Shown: positions 36,851 through 50,122 of the stretch, in pieces
Layout of the letters: each line of letters starts with the position of its first letter
How positions within the stretch are numbered: position 1 is the first letter of the stretch
DNA from: Glaucostegus cemiculus
Lineage: Eukaryota
Direction of reading: 5' to 3'
Length of the DNA: 64,000 bases
NCBI GenBank assembly: GCA_976551045.1
Contig: CDPCPM010000164.1
Coordinates: 6,696,001-6,760,000, forward strand
Translations under genes and position numbers: made by a program
Notes under the pieces: model-generated
The model's input: the letters and a program-made list of their open reading frames with translations, nothing else
The model's database searches: none
Told to the model about the DNA's origin: nothing

Positions 36851-39800
36851 CCCAGCAAGCTCAGTACCTCTGAATCTTCCTACAAAAGCAAACGTATATT
36901 CTACCTACATTGATTGATAACCAGCTTGGCATATTCTAGTCTGATACTTTGTCGTTTATGCTAAGGTTGACAGAAGTGGTGTCTTTGACACAGAAGAGTC
37001 TGGAGATTTTCTCCCTAGATTTCCGCAACTGAAGAACCTCTTAAAAGCATTTTAACTTTGCCTACAGGCATGCTCTTGATTCACTTAAGATGTGATCACC
37101 AGTAAATTTTCCTGCTATTCTACATGATCAAGAAGGGAAGCATTACTCCTGTGGGTGGATCTCTACTTGGTATTATCAAGGTGAAGCATCATTGGATGGT
37201 TAGGCAGCATTTACTACATGGGGCTGTGCTATAAGGTCTACATTTGATATAACAGGCCCCCCACCCCCTTCCTCTCACGTGAAACATTTCAGAACTCCAA
37301 CCTATAATCTAGAATGGTTAGCAGCCCTATTGCACCTGACGAGGCTGCTCATTGAAATCTGCCATTTAACAATAAAAATCAAGCATAAACCTGGCATAAA
37401 TGACCCAGAATATTTTGAATTTTCAAGTTGTACTTGCCCCTGATGTAAATGGTAATGAGCCAGCAAAACATCTGATGGAGCGCAACAAATAGCTTCATTT
37501 TGCAGAAGAGTAAAGGGTATTTCTCAGTTTTTCCTGAAGTACACTTAGACTAATAGTCCACAGTGCAAATGGCAGCCAAGTACCACGAGGAGCATCATCT
37601 ACAACCTGATTAGACCATTTATATTCCAGTGGATAGTTTGACTCATGTACTTGAAAATGTTTCTTCAATTGAAATGCTCACTTTGAATTCTAAGATCAGC
37701 TGATAATAGACGAAGCATATTATGGAATATAACAAGTTCAGTGAATTAGGTGACCATTTCTTCAGAAGGATCTTGAGGTCCACTTCAGTGGAAAGTCAAG
37801 AGGTTTTTGGCAGTGAAAGGAAGTGAGAGGTATGTGTATGTAACTCAAAATGAGATAGCTGATGTTGAAACAATCCATTGGCCTGACAAGCTGTCTCTGT
37901 TAACATCTTGCCAACAGCACGATGTGTGAACCCAGAATCACCCTCAGACTTGGTGCTGGATACGTAACCCTCCGTGCCAAAGTACAGCTGCCACTTCCTT
38001 TAACAGAGGGAATATGCACTTTCAAAAGGACAAAATGGTTCTGTCAGCTCATTAGAGAGAGGAACTTTATTACTGCAGGCACACCAGGATAAATGCAAAA
38101 GCAAAATCCGTGCCAATGGAAACAAAATGTCTCATTATTCAAGTATGACACTTTTTTGCAACGTGGCTGAGATGGCCTGAGTGAAAGTTTATACATCTTA
38201 AAGTGTTTAGATAAGTTTAGCAATCTACGTGGTTCATACATGAGTGTATTTCCAGGGTTAGTACACTGCATATTGTACTGCATTTTGGAATCTGGCAAGT
38301 AAATTCCATTGCCCAGCCCACTTAGTGATTTCAAATCAAGATCTAATGTGTTAATGCCGCAACTGTGATATTTGTTATCGCCATTGAATCCAGTTATGAA
38401 AGATCAAGGTCTAAACTGATGACAGGTGGGTAGTTTGTGAGATGGTCTGTGTCTTCTGTGCAAACTCAGGGACTCCATGTACTCCCAACACATGGCTTCA
38501 AGGTTCTCACAATCACCTCAAATGTTCCTTCTCCACTTTGAGTGGCCATGGGCTAGTGGGGATATTACATTTCCTCAAGGAGGCTGAGAAAGTTCTGAGA
38601 TTTCCTCTTTGCCCTGTAAACTCCTCCCATGAGAGAGCTCAGAATAGAGTATCTAGTTCAGGAGTCAGTGCGGTGCAGTGAATAACATGGCCTGCCCAAC
38701 ACTGTTCAACCAGTGCAACTAGGGGCTCAATTCCAGGGATTCAATTTCAGGGATTTTGGCCTGGGTTCACATGATCTTCCATTGAATTTGGAGGACTTTG
38801 CAAATGCAGTTACTAGTTATCAAGTATATTGAATTTTCATTTTTTTCATCTGTTCTTCACTGGAGAAGGCCAGGTTTTGCTGGCCCTTCAGAGGGTGGTG
38901 GCTTACAACTGAGTGATTTGCTGGGTCATACAAGACACTCAAGTGTCAATTATATGAGGTGGGTCCAGAGTCACATATAGAGCAAGCTAGGCAAAGCTGA
39001 CAGATTTCCTTCCATGAAGGGCATTCATGAACCAGCTGTATTTTAAATAACAAGCTGGTGGTTTTTGTGGTCATTGTTTCCCAAGCTGGTGGTTGTTGCA
39101 AATTCAAGAGTAATAACTAAATTTAAATTCCACAGCTGCATTGAGATTTCAATTCGGCGTCTGGATGACTTGTCAAGTAACTTAACTGCTGTGCCACTGC
39201 CATTCCAATCATTTTTAAATGGATAAGAAAAACACATGGCATTGGGAGGCCAATAATTAAGCTGCTTTAGCTCTTAGTGGATGAATATATAGAATAGGTA
39301 TGCTTGGTACACACTTCAATTAATGAAATTTGCCTTTGCATAATCAAGATTATTGAACAAGGCAGGCTTTTTTATTGCAGTCAAAGGGTTTTCTTGCTTG
39401 AGAAGCAAAATAAATAATGAACTTGCAAGCAAGCTGATATCCTGAGCCAAGAAAAGTCCTGGTGAAAAATCTTGAATGTAACCTTGGTTAATAGAGGAAT
39501 CACTGTAACTCAATCCAAATCAGTTGGTCAATATTTATGAAATCTACAACAGTGTCAGAAATGTTCGAAATAAGCAAACTTGGTCCATCTTACAAGTGTT
39601 ATTGCTCTTTGAATGAAACTATCCAATTCTCTGCATTACTTTGCATTGTTCCTTTTTAATTATTTATACAAGTTGTGATCTCTGCCTAATGATCCCATTT
39701 CTTTCATTCTTTGAGTAACAATCTTCCTCCATTATTACAGATTTGTCCACCAATGAAAAGAACCCTAAGTATAACCCAAATGTTAGCTAAAAGACAATTA

Positions 39801-40049
39801 CGTTGTTAGGTTATGGCTGAGAAACTTTCTTTTATGCTTTATTCCATTATGTGTGAAACTTTGCACTTACTTTTCCCATTTTATTTGAGCTCCAGTCTAG
39901 GGAGAAATGGAGCTGGATTCCATGGAGTAGACTTTCTCTCCTGTGTACATGTCCTGAAAAGCATAGTCCTGCACAGCAGACTGTTACTGAAAACCAGTAA
40001 TGCAGGGTGTATTCAGACATAAATCACCACTCAACCAAAACATTGAAAA

Positions 40050-43000
40050 CAATGTATCAATCTGTTTTATGTTTATTTTATAAAAGTGACAAAACAGTTC
40101 TCCTCAAACCAGATATAGGATCTTTGAGATCAGTCTCCTGCAATTTGCATTTCAAACACAATAGTCACAGAAAAAAAAGTTTGTGTTTTCACATTTACTC
40201 ATTCCCCTCTTCCCATTACCACGATAAACACTACATACGGATAGACAACAGCTCAGAACTGTACAGAGAAAAATTACAGTGCCCTCTCTGGCTCTGTGAT
40301 AATGGCTGTACCTTGAGCAGAACATGGTTTGGACCACATTTCCAACCATTCTCAAGACAACTATCAAGGACAAAAACAGCTTTTGCTTTGTACGTTTGGC
40401 TTTAGTGTTAATAATCTTCAAACTGCATCACATTAATAATTTAGATAAATATTTTAGCACAAAGAATTAACCAACTAAGCTTGTATAATGAATAATATAA
40501 TTAAAAGGTGTTGATCTGATAAACAATAGATATTTTAGTCCTAGCCTCAGATCTTCTGCAGACATCTGTGATAGGCAACTATTCTGACCAACACCGTTGA
40601 CTATTGCAGTTATCAGCATTGGCAGCAAAATAGGCCACCGATTCAAAGGTACTGAGATTACAGTCTTAATATCTGATCTTAATATTTCACTTTCTACTGC
40701 CAGTTTTTGCAGCGTTCCAGGACTGAACTAAATACCGTATTAGACATCACCAGTTTGCTTTAGAAAGGAAGCAGTACATTCCTCAATTAAACTTTTCTAT
40801 CGCCAAAACAGAAATTATTAAGCATTTCGCTAAAGCAGTATGTAGGAGATTGACCTGTTAAGGTAATATGCAAGAATGTTTTGCCCTTGAAATTCACAAC
40901 CATCCCAAAGTCATTCACCAGAATATGGACAAGACTGCTTATACATAATAACCCAAAGATTGATATACCTGCTATTCTTTACCTGTTTTGTACTTTTACC
41001 TACATTTCTGTTCTTCATATAAGTTGCAGTAATGAAGTTAGTATGCATCAGAAATTATAAAAACCCAAACAGTATATGACAACTCTGTCACGTTTTCAAA
41101 TAATTCCCCTGTAGCTCAGAAAGTACAGTGTACTATTGTGTCAAATGATCAAGGCTGCATAGGTCCCAGTTTTAAATTCCTGAAGGGTGCTACATTAGCT
41201 GAAAGCCTCAGCATCCCTGGATTTGGGTTGTGGCATTGGGATTTCTGCACCTGATGTCCACTACATTTTCTGGCTCTCACAGTGGAGCACGCTCACTGTG
41301 TGTCTGTGCGTGTATGTGCATGTGCTTGCAATTGCTATTATTCAGCAAAGCCGGGACTTTAGCTGGGACAGCCAGCATGGATGAAGCAGAGCTGGCCAAC
41401 ACTCATTAACCAGATATTCACTTTAGGAAAGTATTGGAAGGCTGATGGAATTGATGCTACTTGGATCCTGGCAAGTTAACCTTCAAGAGAGAAAGACAGG
41501 AAGTTGGTGGTAGGAAGGGGCGTGTTATTTCAGGATGTTTACTGGTATTACCACACAGTCAATCACCCCATAAGGCTCATTGATTGGTTGAAAGCAGATA
41601 CCAATTTAAAAAAAAGTGATGAGATCATTTCTAGGAGACCACTCATTGCCACAAAATGTAAAACATATTAAAATAGATTCAGATTTTACCAATGTTTCAA
41701 AGAAACAAAAATCACACTACATGGTTAAAAAGACAGTGAAATGTTAATATTTTATGTTTCATCCGTGAGATTTAGTCCCTGTATGGCTTTAATAATGATT
41801 TAAGCTCTCTCTTTCTCTTTTGGAAGCACCATATAATTAAGGCTTCTTGGAATCTAGGTTATTTCACAGTCCTGAGCTTAGCAGATCAGTGCAATTGTTG
41901 CCAGCTAATGCTTTTCAGCTCATTAAAACCCTCTGTATATTCATTTCTTTACATAAAATGTTTCGGTTTGTACCACAGTTTAGAGAATTTCACTACACAC
42001 AAACACAAGAAAAACATGTATAACCCAATAGTTCTAAGCTACCTGTACAATTAAAATTTCATACCCCTTGGAAAGAAAGCTTTCCCTTTTTTGAACCACA
42101 GTACTATAGGTCAAAAATAGAGTTTAAAATCCCGAAACAAGTCAAACGAAAACAAAAACTCATGGCATAAAACAATTTACATGGCTGATCAAAAGCAGTT
42201 TTCAAAAGAGAAAATACAAGATAAAGTTTCTGTTTTTATTCTGCAATATATGTTTTGTTTTTACTTCCAACTGTATTGCACACCTGAAATTTCTGATACG
42301 ATTACTCCCCACCGCCATCCCCTCTGGAGCTCCGCGACCCATGAGGCAGCTGAGTCATTTACAGGTTCAGCAGTCACAGAACCAAAATATCAAGTAATGC
42401 AGCATGTAGCATTGTCTTGTTACACACATTAAATAGTGTATATTAGAAAGGGAGACATTTAGTTTTAGAATAAAAGAACAAATACATGTTAAAATACAGT
42501 GCAACTAACATGGGAGGACTCTTTGGTGTAACACAAAGATGATGAGAGATTTGAGTAGCTGTTCAGGTATAATATGGAACATTGACAATATGACTCACAG
42601 TTTAATTTAGCTCAAGTTTGCTTTAACGCACTTAGGGGAGGGGCAGCAGCAGAAACCTTGAATAAATTATAATGAAACAAAGTATTAACTGTTAATGCCC
42701 CAGAGTATTTACAGATTTTACAGTAACATGGTGCTATCCTAATCTCAGCCTTAATAAATGATGCTGCATTTTATTTCTTTAGGTTTCTAAAGTATTAGGT
42801 GGCACATTACTGAGATTTATCATTCTTTTGCTACAAATATTCAGGGTGGAAATGCAGCTTATATAAATGATCTTCTCTTTCTGAAAGCTCTTGATACTCC
42901 TGGTGTAAAATTTATAAATTACCAAATCCCCCATTTTGGAGGAGAAAGATAAAATATTATTGTTATGAATTTTATATCCACAAAGAGGGAAACATTCTGA

Positions 43001-44624
43001 GGGATTAGTGTGTGAAGTCAGTGGCATGAAGAGCTGAGCCTTAGCTCATCCTTTCAATGGAAGAAAAGTCAAAAAATAGTTCCATTCTCTAGCACAAGTT
43101 TTTCCAGTATTTTGTAAACAGTGGTAATGCTACTGCACACTTCACAGGTACAGGGGTTATCAATGATCATCTGACAGCAGATGCCCATCCAAAAACCAGG
43201 GATGGTTTACACATTGTACATCTCCTCCTATACAGTGAAATTATTTTTATCAGTGGCTAATCTGAAAGCAGTGGGAGAAATGTCAGGTTAGCTTCAATGC
43301 CTATTAAGGCTGGATTTGAATTTACAATGTTTAGATTAGAAGTCATACATAACTGTTGTCACAGGACACCACTTGCCACAAAATGGATATAATTTTTTCA
43401 AAGGATTATCTTATTGCCAAGTTACAATCAATGCCTTCTTGAAATCATATGGCTTTTTTTTTGGTTGCTAAAGACATCTATTAAACTTCTTTTTCAGAAA
43501 ACCTAAGGCCATCTATCTGTATCTGGGTCTTAAATTATACAGATTGAATAACCATTGATGGAATTTTAGTCATCAATGCAAGACTGTGAGTGTGGATCAG
43601 CAATTTTGACTCACCAATCAGCTCAAGAGAGGAGGATTGAAAGAGAAAGCAAAAAGGAAAAACCCACAGGTTGAGGGGGTACAGAAGAGTCTGGATTACT
43701 TCTACATATCTCTTTGCAGCTGAGGCACATCAACTCACGGCTTCTGGGCATAGCTGCTTCATACGGTATTGGCCGACCAGATCACATGTTCTCCTACATT
43801 TGGGAATCATGCATGGAACTGGACGTCTACTAGATGGATGTAATAAAGCATCTTTATTAAGATTACCATTCTGCAGTTTGAGCAACTTTACCTAACTGGG
43901 GGAAAAAAAAAATCAGAGCCATGCTTGGTAACATCCCTTCTGAAAGTAGCAACAATCCTCCAGTCACAATCACTATCTCCTTCTATAGACTGGTGCTCTA
44001 CAGATGATTAAACTTTAGACTGTGCATGGTGTTAGATCTTACAAAGCTCATCGCCAAGCATCTGGATACCCTCCTGATTGAAAACAATCAATCCATTTTG
44101 AAGGCAATGAAATCAGGAGGATGGCACGTTACCAAAAGAATTTTGTGCAGTTAAAAATCCACATCTTAATGACACAGAACTCATGATGTCTGATCAGTCA
44201 AGTTCATGGCCAATGACCACAGCCTAACAGGAATAGAGGAGCTACTTCAAATTAAATGAGCATATATCACATAAGCAGTACAGGTGAGACAAACTTCTTT
44301 AGTTTCCACATCTATCATCAAATATCAGTGTCATCAACAAGCCAGCAGCAATGATGGCAATCACCTTTTTGTGGCTTACTCTTCCACATGCCTGCATCAA
44401 AAGACACAGAAGATGACACTAAACGGAATGGTACACCAGTTAAATTACTTTGGGGAAAGCAGCCAAACCAGTCAGCCATATATCTTTCACTAAAACAGTG
44501 AAATAAATCAAATTCGAGAATGCAGCAAGTAAAATATTCATTTCAGTTCTTAAATGTCAAATAATTGATTCAAATGGGTTAATTAGTCCATGTCAATAAA
44601 TTACCACACCCTGTCCGGCATTCT
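40050..44624 (-). other. GPAM: Putative long 3'UTR of GPAM
   Basis: TE-poor AT-rich tract after the stop, ending at an AATAAA with a GU-rich downstream element; end point inferred. Confidence 0.5.
40072..40077 (-). terminator. Candidate polyadenylation signal AATAAA
   Basis: tttatt on +; the minus strand continues ttgatacattgttttcaatgttttggttgagtggtg (U/GU-rich). Confidence 0.45.
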
Positions 44625-44738
44625 CTATAACACAGTAAAATTAAGAATGTACTCCAGCAACTTTTGTCGATTGATGAGAGGTAGAAAGGCGCTGCTCAGT
44701 TCTAAAGTTGTACTCCCACTCTTCTGTGCTTTAAAAAC
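44625..44738 (-). CDS. GPAM: GPAM last coding exon with TAG stop
   Basis: ctgcag|GTT..TTA TAG; VFKAQKSGSTTLELSSAFLPLINRQKLLEYILNFTVL*; matches the GPAT1 C-terminus. Confidence 0.96.
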   Translation of the reverse strand, partial: VFKAQKSGSTTLELSSAFLPLINRQKLLEYILNFTVL

Positions 44739-45323
44739 CTGCAGAAGTAGAATTGCTACAATTTAAAATAATCACTATTTTCATGCCAGCTTATAACTTG
44801 CAGTAGCCATGGTACTTCTTGAAATTACATCTTGACAAATATTTCAGAAAATAAAAAAAATGGAGCTCAGTAGGCCACAGTCTTTTGAGCCTGATCCATC
44901 ATTCAACAAGACCATCAATAAAGAATTACAAGTTCTGCAACTATTTTCAAGACTAATTTTTGTAGAACCACAATTTGACAAGGTAGCCATGAGGAGGTAC
45001 TGACAGTGGTGATAAAATTATTTTGCTAACCCATAATGAATGATTGTTAATGGTATGTCTGCAAGGCTACTGCCAAGAATTGCCTCTTTTGATGAGTATT
45101 TCTGTTGCTACCAGAACCCCTAGATTAACATACCTAACATCATCTTTTTGATGGACCACACTGTTTTTGAAAGTTTGTGGGTCATATCGCTATCTTAACA
45201 GCAAAGTATTCAGGTATAACTTTGCAGCTCTTGCCCACACTTCACACTCCAAGATGGCTGTTTTATAACTTAATAGCCCATGGTAGCTCAGAACTCAAAT
45301 GGAAGACAAAGAAAATATCTTAC

Positions 45324-45382
45324 CCCAAGATCCTTAAGAGTTTTCACTGCATTTTTTGCAAGACAGAAGGTCGCACTCTCCC
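45324..45382 (-). CDS. GPAM: GPAM penultimate coding exon
   Basis: ctttag|GG..GGG|gtaaga; 59 nt; ESATFCLAKNAVKTLKDLG. Confidence 0.94.
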
Positions 45383-46338
45383 CTAAAGAACAAAATAGAT
45401 TAAACAAGACCTGTTGTGGTATTGCAAATGATAAATTTGAAGATATATTAATTTATAATTACAAGAATGGGGCATCCCATGTTACTTTGCTGCTAAGGCT
45501 ACAAATCTAAATGCTACGAAAAAAAAGTCTAAAGTCAATCTGAAGTTAATTACTATGTGGCAAGTGAAGTTTGTAATGAGAATGTTCTTTTATAGTTCCA
45601 GCTTTAGATCAAACGAGGGGTGGAGTGGAGAAGGTATGAAATGGCCACATTTTGTTTAATACTTTTGACACTTCAAATATCTGAAGAGGGCCAAATGCTT
45701 TCAAACCTTTTAACATTTCCAAGTAGATCTCCCATGACATAGGCAGGCTGTACCATGGAATGCCAAATATGTTACTCCACTATCAAAGTAGATTTGTTGT
45801 GCTGGCATCCTTCAGTTAAAACACTAAAGTCTAATTGCTGCTCGAGGCTAACTAGCAATCAAATCACTGAGAATTTTGTGAAGTGGGAAAACTTTAAATT
45901 TGTTTGGTCTAGGGTTACATTTCCTTTTTCCGTACCCTTCCTTCATGGGGTAATCCTTTCAGTCACAGACCAGACAACATGAGTCAGAAAACTGGGTTCA
46001 AGACTTCAGTCCAACATAAGGCACAATATCTGTGTCCTTGTTTCACTGCAGCTCAGAGACTTCTATATTGCCAAAAGTGCTATCCTCCAAGCTAACATCC
46101 ACTCGACTAAACATCCACCCAAAAGGCCTGAAACATTATTACTGCATCCCTTTAAAAACTTTGGAAGGAGTTTTATTCTGACATGCAAACATAAATCATG
46201 GAAAGAAAGGGATCTGAAAGTTGGAGTTATGAATAATATTTGTTTACCTTGCAAATTCATAGATGAAGTTTATAAAGTTAGTGCAAAGGAAATTTGATTT
46301 CAAATGACCATATTATATATTATTTACTCATGACTCAC

Positions 46339-46407
46339 CAAATACTGCAATTTTCATTTCAGTTCGGGATAAAAGATACTTGTGAAACTTGCCGATGTAT
46401 TCACTTT
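46339..46407 (-). CDS. GPAM: GPAM exon
   Basis: tttcag|AA..TTT G|gtgagt; 69 nt; SEYIGKFHKYLLSRTEMKIAVF. Confidence 0.92.
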
Positions 46408-47058
46408 CTGAAAAATAACACATTTCTAAAAGTTGCTGACCAATAAAATACTTTTACTGAGTAGAATATTGAACAGTGATTTTTCTTTCTAGATTTTGAA
46501 CCAAGTTCAACCACTATAGCAACTTTAATTCAGCAACTGGTTTTATTGGTGCTGAAGATGCTTTAAATATAAAAGCAGCACAAATTCAGCAAACCTAGGA
46601 TTCAGCATGCACAGTTGTATTTGGATGTTATCTATTTTGGGTGATGTTTAAAAATGGCTTGCCACAAACCAGAATTTCAATTATTCAGATTAAATACACA
46701 GCAGGAGGTCTTGTTTCCGTTCATTAAGGCGATTCACTCATTTATTCACAAAGGCAATTACACAGTGAAATACAAGGATTACTTCTTTCACAAATAAAAT
46801 TGAGAATAGCCCCTTCAAGTCACGCACCATCCCATCTTGCCATTCCTTCATCGTCACTGTGTCAAAAGCCTGGATCTTCCAACCCAATAGCAGTAGCACC
46901 ATGGGACGGTCTTCAGAGCACGTCACAGCAGTTCAGAAGTGCAATTCATGATTACTTTCGCCAAGGCAATTATGATTGGACTATAAATATGACCCTCACC
47001 AGAGTAAATCTTAAAAGTCACAACTACAAAAGCACGTGCCTTCAACTTTTAAACCTAC

Positions 47059-47179
47059 CTTCAACTTTAACTCTGAAGCTCTGAATATAAACAGCAGCTG
47101 AAAAGTAAGCTTCCAATAAAGGACCCAACAGTCTCTGCAAGAAAGTGATGAACTCCTGGTGATTCTGAGACTGGCTCAC
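47059..47179 (-). CDS. GPAM: GPAM exon
   Basis: ttctag|GTG..GAA G|gtaggt; 121 nt; VSQSQNHQEFITFLQRLLGPLLEAYFSAAVYIQSFRVKVE. Confidence 0.94.
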
Positions 47180-47754
47180 CTAGAAAAGATACAATTTAAA
47201 ACAATTCACTATTTTATAAATAATATTTAACTACACAAGCTTTGTGCGGCATTGCATGCATGCAATTATTTGAACATTATAGAACATAGTTAGAACTACA
47301 GCTTGCAATCTTCTGCTTACAGACGGTGAAAGTCACATAATAGAAAACCCACTCAGTCTCATATCATTTCTCATGTCTATTTATGACACAAATGGTGTTC
47401 ATTCAGCCAGCTTAGTCCACGCCAGCTCTCAGGGCAATCCCAACAATCACACTCCCTCATTGATGTCCCTGTATTCTATTTTCTCTCACATGCCCATCAA
47501 CTTTGCCAGATTCCCAGACTATCTTCTACACAAGGAGTAATTTACAGGAACAATTAACCTCCTAACAATGGACAACTTAGATGGGAGATTTAATTCAATC
47601 TATTGCACTCACTTTGATCGAGAAAAGGTAAAGAAGCAACTTAGAATTTTCCACTGAATGGCACAGTATTATGAGCAAATAAACTGTTCTTGCCTTTGAG
47701 TACTTCTTTAAAATCTGGTAACTAAATCTGCCCTAAGCGTTTTGCTTTTTATAC

Positions 47755-47880
47755 CTTTAGGTAACGATCACGCTGCTCTTCCCCATAATCACTATCATCT
47801 TCTTCATCGCTTCTCCATGACAAGCCGTCCGGGTACTTATTCGCCCATGTCTCCTCTGTAGGACTGGGGCTGAGATCCTC
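47755..47880 (-). CDS. GPAM: GPAM exon (acidic SWRSDEEDDSD segment)
   Basis: ggacag|GAG..AAG|gtataa; 126 nt; EDLSPSPTEETWANKYPDGLSWRSDEEDDSDYGEEQRDRYLK; acceptor position less certain. Confidence 0.9.
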
Positions 47881-49322
47881 CTGTCCAATCAATGAACAAA
47901 GTTCTGGTATTAGTTGGGAGATACCTGTACTATTCGCTAGCTAAGGCTGTACTGCATTATAAATAAGGAAGATGACAGGATAGCAAGGGCACACTCATCA
48001 GTACATGTAGAGACCCTGCAACTATGTTCATTCCTTTTTGTTTTGGCTTGTTAAATCTCATGAACTGAGCTACCATTGAAAAAGAATTATGTGTCATAAT
48101 AGTAGTGAGCCCAACTTCTTGCCACTTTGCAGTCTGTTCAGTGAATGTATTCCTACAGTGCTGTTGCTTTGGTAGTTCCAAGATTTAAGTTTTTATTTAA
48201 TTTTTTTATTTACAGCGTAGTAACAGGCCCTTTCGGCCCAACGAGTCCGTGCCGCCCATTTTTAAACCCCCAAATTAACCTACCCGTACGTCTTTCAGAA
48301 TTTAGACATAGTAACATTGCAGAATTGTGATACATTCTCAAATGAATACAGTGTACAACTTAGAGAAGGTCAGATCCCTGCGCATGGCCTGATTCCACAC
48401 TACAAATACTGGAATAATCTTCATTTCAATGGAAATACTTTGGCCAAAAGTCATCAAGCTTCAGAAAGATATTTCAGGGATTTCTGAGCATTCATTTGGA
48501 AGGTGATAATTTTCTGCTTTCTGTGATAAAATCCAAGATTATATATTTGTCACAGCATTAGACATCATTGATTACATACGCATTATTTTAATGACAGAAT
48601 TTGACAACCATGTAAAAACAATGAACACGGAATGGTACTTTATTGAAAAGGGTAGTAAAATTAAATTTATAAAATACAGGAAAATATAAAATATCAAGAA
48701 AAGTTGACATTGCAGAACACTGGAACTAAAAGACCATGCATACAGCACTGGGAGCAGAAATACAGCAAAAAAAAATGCTTGAAATATTCCTCAGATCTGG
48801 AAGTATTTCCAGAAAGAAGAGTTAATTATTTGGGACAATAATCTTTCATGAGAACTGAGTATTTCCAGCATTTTCTCTTTTTATTTTAGCTTTACAGTAT
48901 TTGCACTATTTTGCTTTTATATTTTGAAAGCTGAGTTTTTTCTAAACAATTTGTTCTAGATATTGGGCTTGCTCACCAACTTTTTAAGGACATTACAACT
49001 CTCTTAATTGATTCTGGATAATAAAAAGGAATAACCTACGCATTCTATGTGAAAACCATAGCTGAGAGAGAAAGGAACTAAATTATAAACTTTACTGAGT
49101 AACAAAGAACACAGAACATGACGCTTGTATGTTTTTCTTTTGTGGTTCATTCAAGTTTCTTTTAAATGTAACCTCACTGGTTCCCAGTTAATTACTACAG
49201 GCTGAGAAAGCTCGACTTGTTTTGATGGGTTTAGCATTATGTAGTTATTATCTTACTTCACACCCTGATTGAACATGGTGCAGATTTTCAAGCGCTTAAA
49301 GTTCAATGAGTTGGTTTCTCAC

Positions 49323-49400
49323 CTCTGCCACCAACAGGATGCCGTATTGAATGAACTTTCCAACAGCATCATTGAAAACCTGGTATACTGCCTGACAAGG
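49323..49400 (-). CDS. GPAM: GPAM exon
   Basis: ttgtag|CCT..GAG|gtgaga; 78 nt; PCQAVYQVFNDAVGKFIQYGILLVAE. Confidence 0.96.
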
Positions 49401-49504
49401 CTACAAATGGAAATAGAGAGAATTAGATTAATTAGATCAATTAATGTGGGATTAACAATAATCTCATTGCTACAAAATCTACTAAATATAATGAAGATAT
49501 TGTA

Positions 49505-49877
49505 GAGCGACGCACAAAATGCTGGGGATCTCAGCGGGTCAAGCAGCATCTATGGAGGGAAATGGACGGTCAACATTTCAAGACTGGATAAAAAGGGGGG
49601 AGATAGCCAGTATAAAAGGGTGGGGTGAGGGGCTGGAGTGAGAGCTGGCAGGTGATAGGTAAATCAAGGTGAGAGGGGGAAGATTTCACCTGCCAGCTCT
49701 CACTCCCCCCCTTTTTTTTACTGCCTATCGCCCCTCCTTCTTTCCAGTCCTGAAGCAGGGTCTTGACCCGAAACGTCGACTATCCACTTCCCACCAAGGA
49801 TGAAGCCTGACCCGCTGAGATCCCCCAGCATTGTGTGTGTCACACGTTTCCAGCATCTGCAGTCTTTGAGTTTCCAT
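49505..49877. mobile_element. Penelope-derived fold-back unit in a GPAM intron
   Basis: Inverted arms tgctggggatctcagcgggtcaagc and gcctgacccgctgagatcccccagca; HHR-like motif at 49745-49781 on +. Confidence 0.8.
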
Positions 49878-49982
49878 GGAAATATCGTGGCTGTGTACCA
49901 CATTACATTCCATAAGAATTCTTCATTTACCAGTTAAATCAAGATTGTATAATGAAAGTTTGTGCACTCATTTTGCACTTAC

Positions 49983-50122
49983 CAATCCTACAATCACCTC
50001 ATTGGAAAGGAGATGACACAGATCAGCAGCTGTACGAATGAGCCTTTCCTGGCTGACTGCTGAATCCAGTTTGCCTGGTCCTGAAATCTTCTCCTCCTTT
50101 AGTATAGCATAGAGGGAGCAGG
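49983..50122 (-). CDS. GPAM: GPAM exon
   Basis: ttacag|CC..TTG|gtaagt; 140 nt; CSLYAILKEEKISGPGKLDSAVSQERLIRTAADLCHLLSNEVIVGL. Confidence 0.94.

Noticed and set aside
45134-45193. Possible alternative GPAM exon (good gtatgt donor at 45133)
   Set aside because: No GPAT similarity and a stop in the required phase; the real 59-nt exon is 45324-45382.
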